Origin: Vicugna vicugna
Lineage: Eukaryota
DNA length: 64,000 bases
Assembly: GCA_013265495.1 (NCBI GenBank)
Contig: MU058482.1
Span: forward strand, 220,962 to 284,961
Reading direction: 5' to 3'
The notes under the pieces were generated by a model. It was not told the DNA's origin, did not search any database, and saw only the letters and a program-made list of their open reading frames with translations. This document shows, piece after piece, positions 13,981 to 64,000 of the stretch; the first letter of the stretch is position 1; each line of letters begins with the position of its first letter. The translations under genes and the position numbers were made by a program.

Positions 13981-14076
13981 GGAGTGGGTGGGTATAGCTC
14001 AGTGGTAGAGTGCCTGCTTAGCATGCATGAGGTCCTGGGTTCAATCCCCAGTACCCCAACTTAAAAAAGAAGAAAG
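13981..14076 (+). mobile_element. tRNA-Ala-derived SINE (Vic-1-like)
   Basis: GGTATAGCTCAGTGGTAGAG...GGTTCAATCCCCAGTACC plus A-rich tail; degenerate TSD ATAGTCTTT/ATACTCTTT. Confidence 0.9.
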
Positions 14077-14524
14077 AGGAGATACTCTTTTATGTGTATT
14101 GCATGCAGCTTCTTTTGCTATATGAAAAAGCTGTGTCTGCTACAGGTCCTAAAAAGTGGAGATGCTTATGATTTTATGACGCCTCTTCTGAATGTTTCTG
14201 CCCGTGTACTATCCCAGTAGTCTGAGAGAAGCCCTTGCTTTTGGTCGGATACCTCTGTATTACCCCTCTGCAGCCCTACTCCCACACACCGTTGGCTGGA
14301 AGTTGAGAACACATTCCTTCAAGGAAAGTACATTGAGTACCCATTACCACCTGATAAGCAAAGGAAATATTGTAAGAAGTCATACATAGCACTTGCTTTT
14401 GTGCAACTTGGATTCTAATACGGGGGTAAGGGAGAATGGATATCAAACAATTAACTATATAATCATTTATTTAGTCTACTATGAAAAAGTAATTATGGAT
14501 GTTACAAGAGAAATTAACGTACAC

Positions 14525-14740
14525 CATAGTAGAGTTGGGTGATTAAGAATGTGACCTCTGTGCCACATTACCTAAATGGGAGTCTGGCACCACTTTTCAC
14601 TAGCTGTGGGATGTTGGGCAAATTACTTAACTCTCTGTGCTCGGTTTCCTCATCTATAAAGTAAAGATAGTTATTTCAAATTTAAGAAAATTAAATCTGT
14701 TAATCCATTTTCATCACTTGGAGGAGGGCCAGTTGTGTAA
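14525..14740 (+). mobile_element. MIR fragment
   Basis: ttgggcaaattacttaactctctgtgctcggtttcctcatctataaa is the MIR core. Confidence 0.75.
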
Positions 14741-16269
14741 TGTACACTCAACAAGTTTTTTGCCTGGGTGGTCAGGGAAAGCTTTTCTTCGAAATGATGA
14801 TGTTGAAATGAGCTTTAAAGGATAAGAAAGAACTAAATAGGCAGAATGGAGGGGAGCAAGTAAGAAGGCAATTGGAATAGTCCGGGGAAGTGGGGATGGC
14901 AAATTGATCCAGAATGGTAGTAGAGGCCGAAGTGGATGGGTTTGAGGGGTATTTAGGAGGTAAAGGTAGGATTTAAAAATACTGGATGGAGTGGTAAGGA
15001 AGAGTTTCTGGGCTCTGCAGCCATGACTGAATAGGAGATGCTGGGTGATGATGACCCTCTGTGTGTGCACGTGTGGTGGTGAGGATAGAGGAGACGAGAG
15101 AGACTACAAAGGAACCAGTCTTCTCGAGACCATAAGCCTTTTGGAGAGGTGGGGCAGCCGAGGAGCCTGGGGAGACTACCAGGAAGAGCTACTGAGTAAA
15201 CAAACAAATACATAAACAGGGCTGGAGTTCAGGTGTCTTTCACAGGGATACGAATGAGAGACATAACATACAGACTGTTGAAGAAAAGAATGAATAATAA
15301 TTGAGGCCGTCCATGTGAATTAGACACTCTTGAGAAGAAAGTATAGAATGAGAAGAAAAGAGGGCCTAGGACCAAAGCTTGGTGAACTTCAGCAATTAAA
15401 GGCTGGTGGAGGGGAAGTGTAGCAAAGAATTGGCCAGAGAGGTAGAAGGAAAACCAGAAAAGTGTGATGCCCTGGAAGCCATTCGAAGAAAGTGTCTGCA
15501 GGTGGGAGTGGTTTTTTCTGAAATCTTTACGACCTTTCCTTGGATCCCTGAAAGTTTTAATTTAGTTCTCTCACTACTCTACTCATTTTGGGCACCAGTG
15601 ACTTGAAACAGCTCTAGCAGGTTTAGGCTAACTGAAGCCAGTTGGTTGAACATGATTTTCAGGCTCTAGAATCTAAAGTGTAGTTATTCCTGTGTGCCTT
15701 AAGTTAGATTTAATGTAGAGGAAGCAAGAGCTGGAGTGCATATTCAAGCTCATAGATACTAGTCTGCTGAAATGAATGAATTATCTTGAAGGCCATTAAT
15801 CTAGGTGGTGATCCCTCTAAGGCTGATTAGCATCCCCTAGGCGGGTGGAGACACTGGCAAAAACAAGTTTTTTCCCCAGCTATCCATCCAGTAACATTTG
15901 TTTTGTACCTCCTAGAATATAATGTTTATATACCAAGAAGTGTGCTAGGTATTTCATTAATCCTCATTAATGGCCCTGTAATTTAATCCCACTTTGTACA
16001 GACTCAGAAAGGTTTATTTACTGGGTAGGACAGAAATCTGAACCCAGGTCCCTCTGACTTTAAGTTCATTATACCTCCAGTCCATATAACTAAAATACAA
16101 AATAGAAGATAATTATCCTAAGATTACTTAACAAAAATGCTGTGAAAGCTCCTATGGGGCTGATTACTTTTGGCTTGACAATGAAAAGTAGGGATCCAAA
16201 AGGCTTTCAATTATTAAACCCAATGGACATTTTAAAGTTCTTATATTAGTGGGCGTTTTTGCTTTGTTT

Positions 16270-18400
16270 GATGTAATTAATTACTCTTTCCCCTTCCCAC
16301 ACTCTACTCTCTTTGCTTCTGTGACATTGCACTCTCTGCTTCTCTAGCTTTTCCTTCTCTACCTGCTTAGTAGGTGTAGCTTATTCTGATTCTTAAATCC
16401 CGATGTTCTCCTGGGTTCCTCTTTACCTTTTCTCACTCCACATCCCAAATCTCAAATTTGGGGGCTTCCAGGTAAGGGTTTTGTTTAGCCTGCATGGTGT
16501 TTAAAATATTTTTTCAAATTAGTTATCTACATTTAAAACCCAAAAGATTGACATAAAACTCCTTATTTCTGGCTTTTGGAAAATCTGAAGTTCTCTCTCA
16601 ACCTTGGATGTGTGTTTCCATATGGCAACACTTAACTGGAGCTGAGTAGCAGCTACTCTCTTTGGAACAGACCTTCAGTTCTAAACAGACCCAACATTTC
16701 CCATTGTCTCCCCAACAGTAATTGGTGTAGTGATTCATATTTTTGCTCCATTCTTCATACACCCTGGGTAATACCCCCTCTTCAAACTGCCATTTGATAC
16801 TGATAACTCTAAACCCATCATCAAGCCAACTAACTGTTGGATGTGTACATCCACCCTCCTATTGAATATCACTACTTAACATACTATGGGAACTCATACT
16901 TAACATGGCAGAACTCATCATTCCCTGTAAACTCCAGGTCTACCAATTTTTATCCCCTCAGTATTATTACTCAGCTCTGTGCCTTCCTTCCCATCATTAC
17001 ATTGCTATGATTCAGGCTCTTACCCTCTTGTTAGGATTCTTGGTTAGGATCCTTTTTGGCTAACTTAAGCAGGAGGGGAATTTATTGGAAGAATATTATG
17101 TGGCTCACAAAATTGATGGGAATGCTAGAGATCCTGGCTTAGAAAATGATGTGAAACCAAGGGAGGTTAGAGACATGGAGAACATGACCAGGGTCGTACC
17201 ACTGAACACTCTATGATGCTGCAGAATTCCAGTGTCTGCCATTGCTGAATATTGTCTAACTGGTTGGTTCTGGGTCTTTGTATTACCACTGCAAAGTCAA
17301 AGTTCTCCACAGGATTGTTCACTTAAACTAGGCTAGGTCATGTGCAAACTACTTCTCTGACAGGAAGAGGAGGTAGGACACCCTCCCTTTGCCCCTCCAG
17401 GTGTTTCAATCCACCCCTCAACCCTGGCTTTGTAGTGGAAGGTAAGAGCCAGCCTTCCATTGAAGACTCTTAGCTTGAGCTATTCCCCTGGTATAGGAAG
17501 GGGGCTTTTGATTGCTGAGCAGGAAAAAAATAAATAAATAAAATATCCACTGTACAACTCTTTTGTGGACTATGTGGACTACCACAGCAGCCTCCTAGCT
17601 ACTTCTGTGCCCTCTGCCCACTCACCCTGCAAATCTAGTCTCTCTCCGGCAGCCAGAGTTAGCTAACTAAAATGCAGTTCTGATCTTATCATTCCATATT
17701 TCAGTGGCTTCTCGTCCACCTATAAGAAAATGCTTTAATGTGGCATTGAAGGGTTTCATTGAAGGGTCTGGCCCTTACCTGCTCCTTCAATCTTATATCC
17801 TTCTGATTAATTTCTTTTTTCTTATTTACACTTTGGCAAGACTGAACTACAGAGCTATTTAAGAGTTTCCTGTAACCAACTCATGCTGTTTTTCATTGCT
17901 GTGCTTTGTTTTGCCTTTCCTCTTTCTGTCCCTGAATACCTCTTGTAGCCCACCTTACCTTCCCTAGTTAATGCCTCCTCACCCTTTAATATATTTCTAT
18001 TGAAGTATATTCAGTTTACAATGGTGTGTCAATTTCTGGTGTACAGCACAATGCTTCAGTCATATAGGAACATACATTTATTCATTTTCATATTCTTTTT
18101 CACTGTATCTTCCTCGCCCTTTAAGAAATGACTTCCTTGATACCTTTTCTCCTAAGTTATTAACTCCCTTTCATCTGTTCCTGAAGCAACCCCCTGTTTA
18201 TGTCATTGCACGTTATCACCTCATAATTGTTTACATTTGCCACTGTTATGATAGTCCCTGTTCTTAACCCTCTCCCCACATTTATACACAAATATCCTAC
18301 CTCTTGTGAGTTCTTTGAGAGATTGTCTTATTCACCTCTGGTTTTCTAATACTACCATATTACTCCATTTATTGTATGGTCAGTAAATGTTGAGATAAGG
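16270..18400 (+). mobile_element. Mosaic of L2 fragments interrupted by MLT/MER-like and L1 pieces
   Basis: Pyrimidine-rich L2-like segments (cagcagcctcctagct...cagccagagt...aaatgcagttctgatc) ending in cagtaaatgttga; boundaries approximate. Confidence 0.5.
17992..18106 (-). mobile_element. 5'-truncated L1 3' end
   Basis: Minus strand ends TGTACACCAGAAATTGACACACCATTGTAAACTGAATATACTTCAATAG; TSD TCCTC(A/G)CCCTTTAA at 17976-17989 and 18111-18124. Confidence 0.8.
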
Positions 18401-19879
18401 AAGAGGCGTTTGATGTGGATTTTAAAGGATAAGTAAGATTTTGATAAGGCAAAGAAATGAAATAAGGATGACATGTAATTTGAAGGCAATGGTATTAGCT
18501 AGGCCCAGATGAGAAAAAATATGACAATAGTAAGTTGTCTTTGGCTAGCATGTAAGTGTACATGTAGAACAGTGGGAAATGAGAGTGGAAAAGCAAAACG
18601 TGGTCTTAAGGATTATGTCTTAAGTAACAGGAAACTTGAAAGTTTTTAAGCAGGAGACTGATTTGGCTGTACTGTGTTTTAGGAAGTTAATCTGGTAGCA
18701 GAAAGGATTCATGGGGGAGAGATCAATTATGAGGCTTCTTTCTCTTACACAAGCAGCTGCATCAATGGAGAGGTGACAGCAGAAATAGAAGAGTGAGTTA
18801 TATGAATCCTGGCTTTGCCACTAAGTTTCGTAGTTGAATCACTCCACTCTAAGCCTCAATTTTTTCATCTGCACAAGAGGACTGAGTTGATATAATTGTC
18901 AAGTTTTGTCAGTTCCAAAATTTGTAATATATTTGCAAAAGAGCCAGTGGGATTTGGCAGATGATTGGATGGTGGATACAGGAGGAAGTTTCAGAGGCAC
19001 CTTTGAGGTTTTGAGCCTGAGTGAATGGGAAAACAGTACTGCTGTTGATAGGAGTGGGGATTGGGTGTGTCCCTAGCAATAGTGGTAATGCTAAGATCTT
19101 GAGAAATAGGAGATCTAAGGCCAAGTTGATCTTCCTTGCTTGTGTCCTAGAGCACAGAAAATAGGATTTCAACGTTGAGCACAGAAAAATGGACTTCATT
19201 GTTGAAGGTGGTTACATTTCAGGGGAAACTAGTGGTGAGGAGGTAAGCAGCTATTTTAATTAAGTTTACTTTGGGAGGTTTAAGCTTACATACTATCTTT
19301 GGGGGGCTGACCACTCTCGGGAGTTAGAGTGATCTCAAGCGGTATTGCAAACTGGATACTGGCCCGTATGTCAAACGGGCTAAGTTTCAAGGGAAGCTAG
19401 GTGAGGGCCGGAGACCGGGTTTGGGGGTGAGGAGTGGGTGTGTGTTTTGGGCAGGCGCTGGGAACTGGTCGTGGGTACCTGGAATTACTTTCTAGGAAGT
19501 GATACTGCTGCCCAAGAGTTGGAGTGTCAAGAACGCAGTCTGGGTTGTGACAGAGAGAGTGCTTTATCTTTAAAGAGTAAAAGGCCCCGTGTTCCAGCAG
19601 TTGGGCTGACTCACTGCCATGATGGAGGGAGATTTGGCCCCTTTTAATGAGTAGGGAGGAATGAGGTGTAGTCGCTTCTGCGGAGGGGTTGACAGGGCTG
19701 TTAGAAGGCAGGGGATTCAGAGGGAGGCGGAGTTGGCCCAGCGTGGAGCCCTCCCTCCCGAGTTTACGCTCTCTGCTGTGCAGAATACAGTGTAGGTGGT
19801 TGGAGAATTTAATCCCCAGCACTAGTTTTCCGCAGCTTGAGATCGTTCTTCTGGTTAGGCCACCCCTCCCCTTTTTTTC

Positions 19880-20520
19880 CCCCCCCAAGTAAGCTGCAGG
19901 CTTCGCCTGGGCCCTAGAAACCGGATAGGCCTCTCCGTGCGCTCTCAACCTAACTCTGGGGTGGCGGGGGAGGGGGAAGTTCTATTTAGTCCCACCTTCT
20001 GCGCTGTTTTGCGTCTTTGCGCCTCTGTTGAATGGCAGCGGAGCTCAGCCAATGAGACCGCGGGGCGGGCAGGCGCATCAAGTTAGGCTGCGCAGGAGGA
20101 GGGGGAACTGGTGCTGGAGAGACAGCGAGAGGGGCGAACCGGCCCCCCACGGCCACTGCAGGTAAAGGCACCTCTCTTAGCCCGCTGGGGTGAGGCACAG
20201 CTCCTTTTCTCTTTCAGGGCTGGTCGGGCCTTCCAGCCTGTAGCTTCCGCCCTAACATTGTTCCCACCCGGGCATCCACACCCCCCCACCCCGCATCTTC
20301 CCGTCTTGGCCATCCCCACCCTGGAGGGCACCCCGCTAGCTCACTCCTTCAAGTGCATGTACCTCATCTCCATTTTTGGGGCTCCAGTTGCCAGAAATCT
20401 CCCGCCTCTGCTGTATGGGCCTTACTGGCACCAACCCCGGCAGTATGAGCAGGTAATGTACCCGGGTCCCCGCCACCCCCACCCCCAGTCGCGTTTCCCT
20501 CTCCATCAACCCCTCACTTC
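19880..20520 (+). promoter_or_regulatory. CHD8: CpG island, proximal CHD8 promoter
   Basis: CpG-rich; CCAAT 20049-20053; GC box GGGGCGGG 20062-20069; G-runs at about 19957-19976. Confidence 0.8.
20080..20161 (+). other. CHD8: CHD8 non-coding first exon (5' end approximate)
   Basis: ATG-free segment downstream of CCAAT/GC box ending at donor CAG|GTAAAG. Confidence 0.65.
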
Positions 20521-23500
20521 CTTACCTTGCCCCTTCCCTTCTTCCACATGAGTACATAATTTCTATAGTTTCACCTTTACCCCTTGATCATACGTACATG
20601 CTTTTAGCGTTCATAGTTGCCTATTTTGCTTTCCCTGTTTATTCAGAAGGACTCACTTTACCAGCCATGTTTGCCCCAAATGTCCATACCCCTGACTGAG
20701 GTTTGAGTGCTTTTTCTTTCAGTATTTGGGAAAACAAAAACAGAGTGACCACACATTTGGCAGTGAGAATGGTGAAGATAGAGAAAAATGGCCTAGGATC
20801 TCGATCTTGAGAAAATCTCCGGAGTGGCTTCAAGTTAATAGCTCCATTTCTTATGGTCTCTGTCCTTCCATCCTGATCCTTTGCTGACCCTAAATTGTGA
20901 TTACATTCACCTTGGATGTTTATAAGGTTTGAGACCCCTTGGGTCTCACAAATGTCTCCGTGGTACAGTTTTTAAATCCTTCTCTTTTAAAACTATGTTG
21001 GTGATTTTCATTTTAAGCCTTCTGATTTATTTTATTTTAAAGGGATTTCTTGAAACTGCTTCTACCCATCTTTTGTTTCAGTAACATGTGTTTATGTCTG
21101 TCTGCCACTGATCCTCTTGAAAGGATACAGTTTCCAATAACAAGACTAGTACTTTGAAGTAAAATAGTTCTTTACTGAATCTGAGCTGTTAGAGGTTAAG
21201 AGGGCATGGCTGGTACTTTCTAAAAGTGCATATTACAAAAAAAGGTTAATATGAACAAATATGGCATTCATTTATTATCCTCTAAGAGGATGGGCAGTAC
21301 AGAGAAATCTGTAAATGGAGAATGGATGTCTATAGTTCAGTTTATATAATTTTTATCTATTAGACAGCTAATCTCTGTTGCATTGTTTCTCATCCGTCAT
21401 AAACAATGAACTATGATAAACTTCTTTTTAAGAGACTATAAGAATTATTAATCTACCACAGAGATGTTGATAACCCTTCCAAACCAGGCATGCTGCTTCT
21501 TTCCCACTACCCCCCACCATGCTGGCTTTTACAGATCCTCACTGGCCAAGAGATATTGTCTAGTTTTACTGAATATAAATAACCTAAACATTGTTTTCCT
21601 TTTCCATGTGATTAATATAAAATTATGACATTCAATACACATTTTCAAACTTTATGTACCTTCCACCTCCCAGTTGAGAATCACTGCTTAGTTGAAAGGT
21701 ATGAGAAGATTGAGATGGAAAGTACAGAGTAGAATTAAAACAAAGTCATTTACGATCAGACAGACAAGTTGTTACTGAAATGGGCAAGAGTGAGGAGACA
21801 TGTGAAATAAGAACAGGAGAGTTGGTACTGTAGACTTCCAAAAAAAAGAAAAAGAAAAAGAAAAAACTCAGATGAACTATATTTAAGGTGGTAAAGTATT
21901 TCTCTGGCTTGTTATTTGGAAGTTATAGATGGGTGGCCTTGGATTTTAATCTTCACTGACTAGTTAATTCTGCTTTCCCCAACTCCAGCCTGCTAAGTTT
22001 TCTGTCATTAGTTTGGAATTATGGAAAGTGATTAAGTGCAACCATCAAACTCTGTTTTTCCTTTTAGTGTATATGTGTGTTTCTCTTTGGGGCAATGGTG
22101 GGCAGACTGGCTTTTCATTCTCAGTTTGACAGAAGTCTACTATGATTTTTTTTAAGGCAGTTGCTTTACTTAGGGATATCTTAAATGTTTCATATATTTG
22201 AATATTTAACATCTATTTATTTTTATTACCAGGGTTTGAACCATGGAAGGAGAATTCATGGGATGGATGAGCTTGGTAGAATAGGCCAGATACTGATATA
22301 GCCAGGATGACCTATAAGTAGGAGTAGAAGGAGGGGTGAAGAAAGTTGGAGGTATGTTTGGAGAAATTTTAATCTTTCAAAAGTCAAGGACAACTTAGGT
22401 CAGTAGAGGTGAGTTGATGGGATGGGACTGAGAGCAGTGAAACTTGATGGTGTGGCATTAAGTCAGGTGGTAAGGTTTTTAAATTTTGAGGCCTGGACTG
22501 AACCAGGACAACTAGAAATTTGGCTCCCAAATTGGGAAAGGAGATAAATGATAAGTGCATTGACCTTTGAAAACTTACACTTGAGTTATATGGCGGTAAG
22601 GAAATACTTCAGAAACTGTTAGCATTGTTTCTCCCATTAAAAAATTAGATTGCTCTGTATCTGAGATTGGGCAGTTGTGGAGGGAACGCAGAGCATTTGG
22701 GTGAATAAACTGCAAGGAGTCATGGAAAGGACAAAATACCCCATGGAAGAAAAGGCAGGTTATAAACTGTTACCAGCATAAACTTCTAGCTCATGGAAAC
22801 TTTCAGTGTAGTTTTTTTGTGATACCTAACTGTTAGATATTTAGTGTAACTTCTCTGACAGTGAATAGGAGATGAAAGACAGTAAGTAACAAAGTAGGGT
22901 AATTAAGTAGAAAAAAGCTGATGGTGGTGTTGAGAAAATTTAGAAAATTACAGAGTAGATTTTGATTAAATCAAGAGACCCGTAACTCTTATGATCACCA
23001 TTTTGAGTACTTTTGGGGCAGGTATTAGATAGGAGAGGCTGGAATAGTAGCCAGGTGTGGGAAGTGCTATGGACCCTGGTTAAAATGGGAAGGGTGTATA
23101 TACAGTTACTGAAGCTAGGAAGGTCTTGTTTAACATTGGTGAAGGTGCCATGTGTGCTTTGTAATTTTGACTGATGTGCCAACTACTGATGAGTCTGTTT
23201 TCTTTATGTCTGACTTTCTGGCTATTTACCCACATTATATTGTTTTACAAGGATAATTGGAATGGGTTAAGGAAGGGGGAGAAAAAAAATCTGGCGATTG
23301 TGTGGGTAAGTGTTCTTCAGTCAAGTCCGTACTGTGTCACTGACAAATTTCTTCTCTGATGTCTTCTGAAAGTTAGGAAAAATGGTGTTTTCAAGCAAGG
23401 CCTTCCTGGATTGACAAATACTGCTATCATATACAAAGAGCAGACACTGCAGACACTACATTTTCATATAGTTTAGTTATGTGGTGATGTCTTAGTTTTT

Positions 23501-25035
23501 CCTTTTCCCAGCATTTTCATGAACTTAAAGCCCCAGATGTGGATTTATTAAACATACTTCCAGTTATTTTAGGACTGTTTTTCAAGATGGAAAACTTTCT
23601 ACTGTCTCATCTTAGAATCAGGGAATACCATTTAGCTTCTCTAAGGAGTGAATGGTTCATTCCAGACACTGCAAACAAATACTTTTATTCATTAAAAAAA
23701 TTTTTTTTGAGTAACTGCTGTGTATGTGATATCCTACCGGTTCTTTAGGGATCCACAGATAAGTAAGACATGGTCCCCACCATTCAGAAACTCTTATCTC
23801 TTGGGGAAAGGGGAGCTGGGCCACCATGCAGGATTGTGCAGGGTGTGCATTACACATGTTCATTATCATAGATAATATATTTAGTATGACAATTTTCCAG
23901 CAGATGGCAGGCAAGTATCTTGAGGAGCAGGCAGCTTTTTATAATTTGCACAAAGGAACCATTTGGGCCTTCAGAGGCAATGGACAAGAGAGTTACCATT
24001 TTAATAAAATGTTAAATATAAATGCCTTAAATAAGGTGCAGACAACATTGAGTATTTAAAGAAGGTTAAGGGACCAAGTCATCACAAATTGCTCATCTTG
24101 TAGAGATTCAGGGCTCACCTAATGGAGTAGAAGACCTTTGAAGATGGCAGAGATTTCAACTGGAATAGATGTTGGGGAGGAGGGTGAAGGGTATGTTCCA
24201 GGAAGAAGCTACAGCATAACAGGCAAAGTCATGCCCATAGGAATGTCATTAAGGGAACTGTATTTAGTTGAACTGAAATGTAGGGTATATATAGGAAGTG
24301 ATAAGAGTATAGGAAGTGAGGAAAGTGAAAGTTGGGAACACAAACTGGAACTAAATTGTAGAATTCTTTTAATCCCTTGCAAAAGAAGGTTTTGATCTTA
24401 AATATGAGAAAGTGGGGAGGGGACTTCATAACAAATACTGTGTATACACTAATTGGTAGGTTGACTAGAATAAAGTTTGTGAAACTTCTTGGGTAAAATT
24501 ATACTATAAACTTAGCGGGGTTGTGCTGTAAGCTTGGTCAAAGGTGGTTATTTTTGCCGGTAATAAGTTAAAGTATCTAAAATGCGAGGGAAACTTATAA
24601 AATACAGTATATCCAGAAACCTTTATCTACATTCACTGAAATGTTGCTGGTATATTGTTAAGTTCTGTCAGCTTAAGAACCTGAGATAGAAAGTAAATGA
24701 ATATTAAATTTCCTGAGCTCCACCTAAGAATGAGAATTGTAAAAGGAAATGGACAGGGACAGCTGAGTGAACTTGACAGATAGAAACTTCAAAGTGTGTA
24801 GGTGTAAGAGCCCCCGAAGGGGGTTGGTTTGTTTCTTTTTTTTTTCTTTTCAGTTTTAGTTTTGAAACAGAAATGTAGATGTTCTTTCTGCTGTGTCTCT
24901 GTCCTCAGATTACCTCACATTTCCCTCTTCTCTTATTATTTTGATGCTACTTGATATAAGGGTAGTACCTAAGAAGGAGAAATTTTCCCTGAGGTCACCT
25001 ACTTTGCTTATTTGTCATTTGTCTTCCTACAACAG

Positions 25036-25083
25036 GAGTTCCACCATCTTCCTCTGAAGACCTAGCCATCTTGCTCCATGAAG
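25036..25083 (+). CDS. CHD8: CHD8 short alternative exon encoding Met-Lys (start of the N-terminally shorter MK-GESKR isoform); 25036 is also the 5' boundary of the long exon
   Basis: aacag|GAG acceptor; ATG 25078, AAG, donor |GTCAGG; phase 0 fits GGT GAA TCA at 26967; matches my recollection of CHD8 isoform 2. Confidence 0.75.
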
Positions 25084-25250
25084 GTCAGGACAATCTGACA
25101 TGCACTTGTTTCTTGCCTCTTTACCTGAAGAGTAGTCCTCTTCTATTGTGTACTTTTTTTTCTTAATAGGGGAGGGGAGGGGAGAGCCAGTACCCCCCCT
25201 CCCCTTCCCTCCCTAGACCTTGGGGAAGTATCCCTGATTGCTTTCCCAAG

Positions 25251-61680
<36,430 letters not shown>

Positions 61681-62071
61681 AGCCCCAGCATGGTCCCCAT
61701 CGCTTGGGTGGCTGCTGTATTTTCATTTACTCTGGCCCTTGGACTATGGAAAAGTGGGAGGGGCAGGGGAGATGTGGGGAAACCCAGGACTCCAGGAGGT
61801 GAAAAGGAAAAAAGAAAACTTGTACCTGATTGCTTCCAAATTTGAGAGGATTGGGTGGGCAGGGGAACTCCTAAAATAATACATGACTCCTTCCTCATTT
61901 CTGGGGAAGGAAAGGAGACTAGAGCAGCTGATGTGCTCACCCCTCCCTAGACACCTCCATTAACCACAGACTATGTAGCGCTGGCACTAGCCTCTGGCAG
62001 AGCCTGTTCCTGACCGAACTGTGGATACAGCTGGAGGGTCAGGAACTGTTACCTTCCTTCCCCTTGGCATT

Positions 62072-62077
62072 AATAAA
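62072..62077 (+). terminator. CHD8: CHD8 polyadenylation signal
   Basis: First AATAAA after the stop (about 390 nt), followed by pyrimidine/GU-rich downstream sequence. Confidence 0.8.
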
Positions 62078-62619
62078 TTTAAGTTAATCCTTTCCCACTC
62101 TTCCCTTGTTCTATATTTGCTCAAACCCAATATAAATAATTAATTTTAAGAGTTGATGTTCATGATGGATAATTTCAACACCATTTCCTAAAGTTCATTA
62201 TTGTTCATGCGAAATAACCTGGGTAAGGCAAGCAAGTCATCCTACTTCATTAAAGGTTTATATATAAGCTAGGCTGTCCAGCTTGCCCAAGGCAAGGGAA
62301 TGATCTAAGCTAAACAGGCAAAATGTTCCAGATTCAAACTCCAAATTCTTGGAAGAGATGGGAATGAAGAATTTCGCCGAGACTGACATACATTTTGTTC
62401 CGAATTAACTGAAATAACGGTGCTCTGGGAAAGCCATAAAAACGGTGTCACTTCATGAACTGCGCCAAGGACTGGCTGACTTGAAAGATGCTGTCACGAC
62501 TTGGGCACAGAGGAGTGGATTCTGTGAATTCCCTCAAGCCATTTGTTTCCTACGACTCTTCCCCTACCATCCCAGCGCTCAGATGAAGCCTGGGCATTTT
62601 ATTTCCCTCTCCAAGGCGA

Positions 62620-63446
<827 letters not shown>

Positions 63447-64000
63447 TAGATCCCGTAATTTTCCCTAGGGAGCCCCCCTTTGCCATCCCATAATAACCCC
63501 GTTTCTCGGCGCCTTTTTTTTCCCTTTCCTTCGGGAATTCCCGGGTTCGGTTTCGGGCCCCTTTAGCTGCTCCAGGATCATTCACTGCAGGCGGCCCCGA
63601 GCGCCACCCGGTAACAGGGAATCCCCCACAATCACCCTCCTCTGCGGCCACCACCATCTTCCCCGCGTGCCGGACCCCGTCATGCATAACAGCCACCTCT
63701 CTTCCCGCCCTAGAAGAGGCATCATCATCATTCCCTCCCACTCCGTAATCACGTCTTGCTGCCCCCTCTTGCAGTGTTCACACACACCCACGCACTCGCT
63801 CTGTCCTTTCAGAACCAGAGTGTTCCTCCCCAGGTCCCGCCAGTATTACAACCATTTCGTAAAGGATGGATGGAGGGGCTAGGAGGATGTGAACCAGTCT
63901 CTTCGTGTTTATCGTTTGCTGGGCTGTTGCTGGAGTTTAAAAAAAAAGAAAATACGGCTCACGCGCAACCGCCTGATGTTCTGGGCCCTGCCGTGGGTAA

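Noticed and set aside
13990..14060. tRNA-Ala gene (also at about 3390, 28040 and 32110)
   Set aside because: Copies are mutually divergent with G-rich leaders, A tails and TSDs: SINEs, not tRNA genes
19397..20551. 183-aa and 146-aa ORFs around the proximal promoter
   Set aside because: GC-rich promoter sequence, low-complexity translations, no homology recognised

Overview
Mammalian gene-dense window, probably from a camelid (inferred from the tRNA-Ala-derived SINE family). Three genes lie head-to-tail on the + strand. (1) The last three coding exons and 3' UTR of RAB2B. (2) The complete CHD8 chromatin-remodeller gene: two CpG-island promoters (about 7.5-8.3 kb and 19.9-20.5 kb), 37 coding exons from 25251 to 61680 that I could phase end-to-end (7752 nt, 2583 aa), and two intronic box C/D snoRNAs (SNORD8, SNORD9) guiding U6 A53 methylation. 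(3) The promoter and first coding exon of SUPT16H. The rest is intron with SINE, L1, L2, MIR, MLT and DNA-transposon relics. I see no wholly new gene system; this is a well-known conserved locus. The best candidate for something undescribed is a splice-switch module at the CHD8 5' end, where an 86-nt GT-AG mini-intron, a GC hairpin on its acceptor, two uORFs and a distal MASQKQ micro-exon could select between several in-frame N-termini. Other leads are an intron combining the short-isoform (Duplin/CHD8S) ending with a candidate poison exon upstream of both snoRNAs, phase-compatible read-through chimeras, a perfect 34-bp palindrome and two unusual micro-retrotranspositions. Gene and repeat names come from recognition, not database searches; old-repeat boundaries are approximate.
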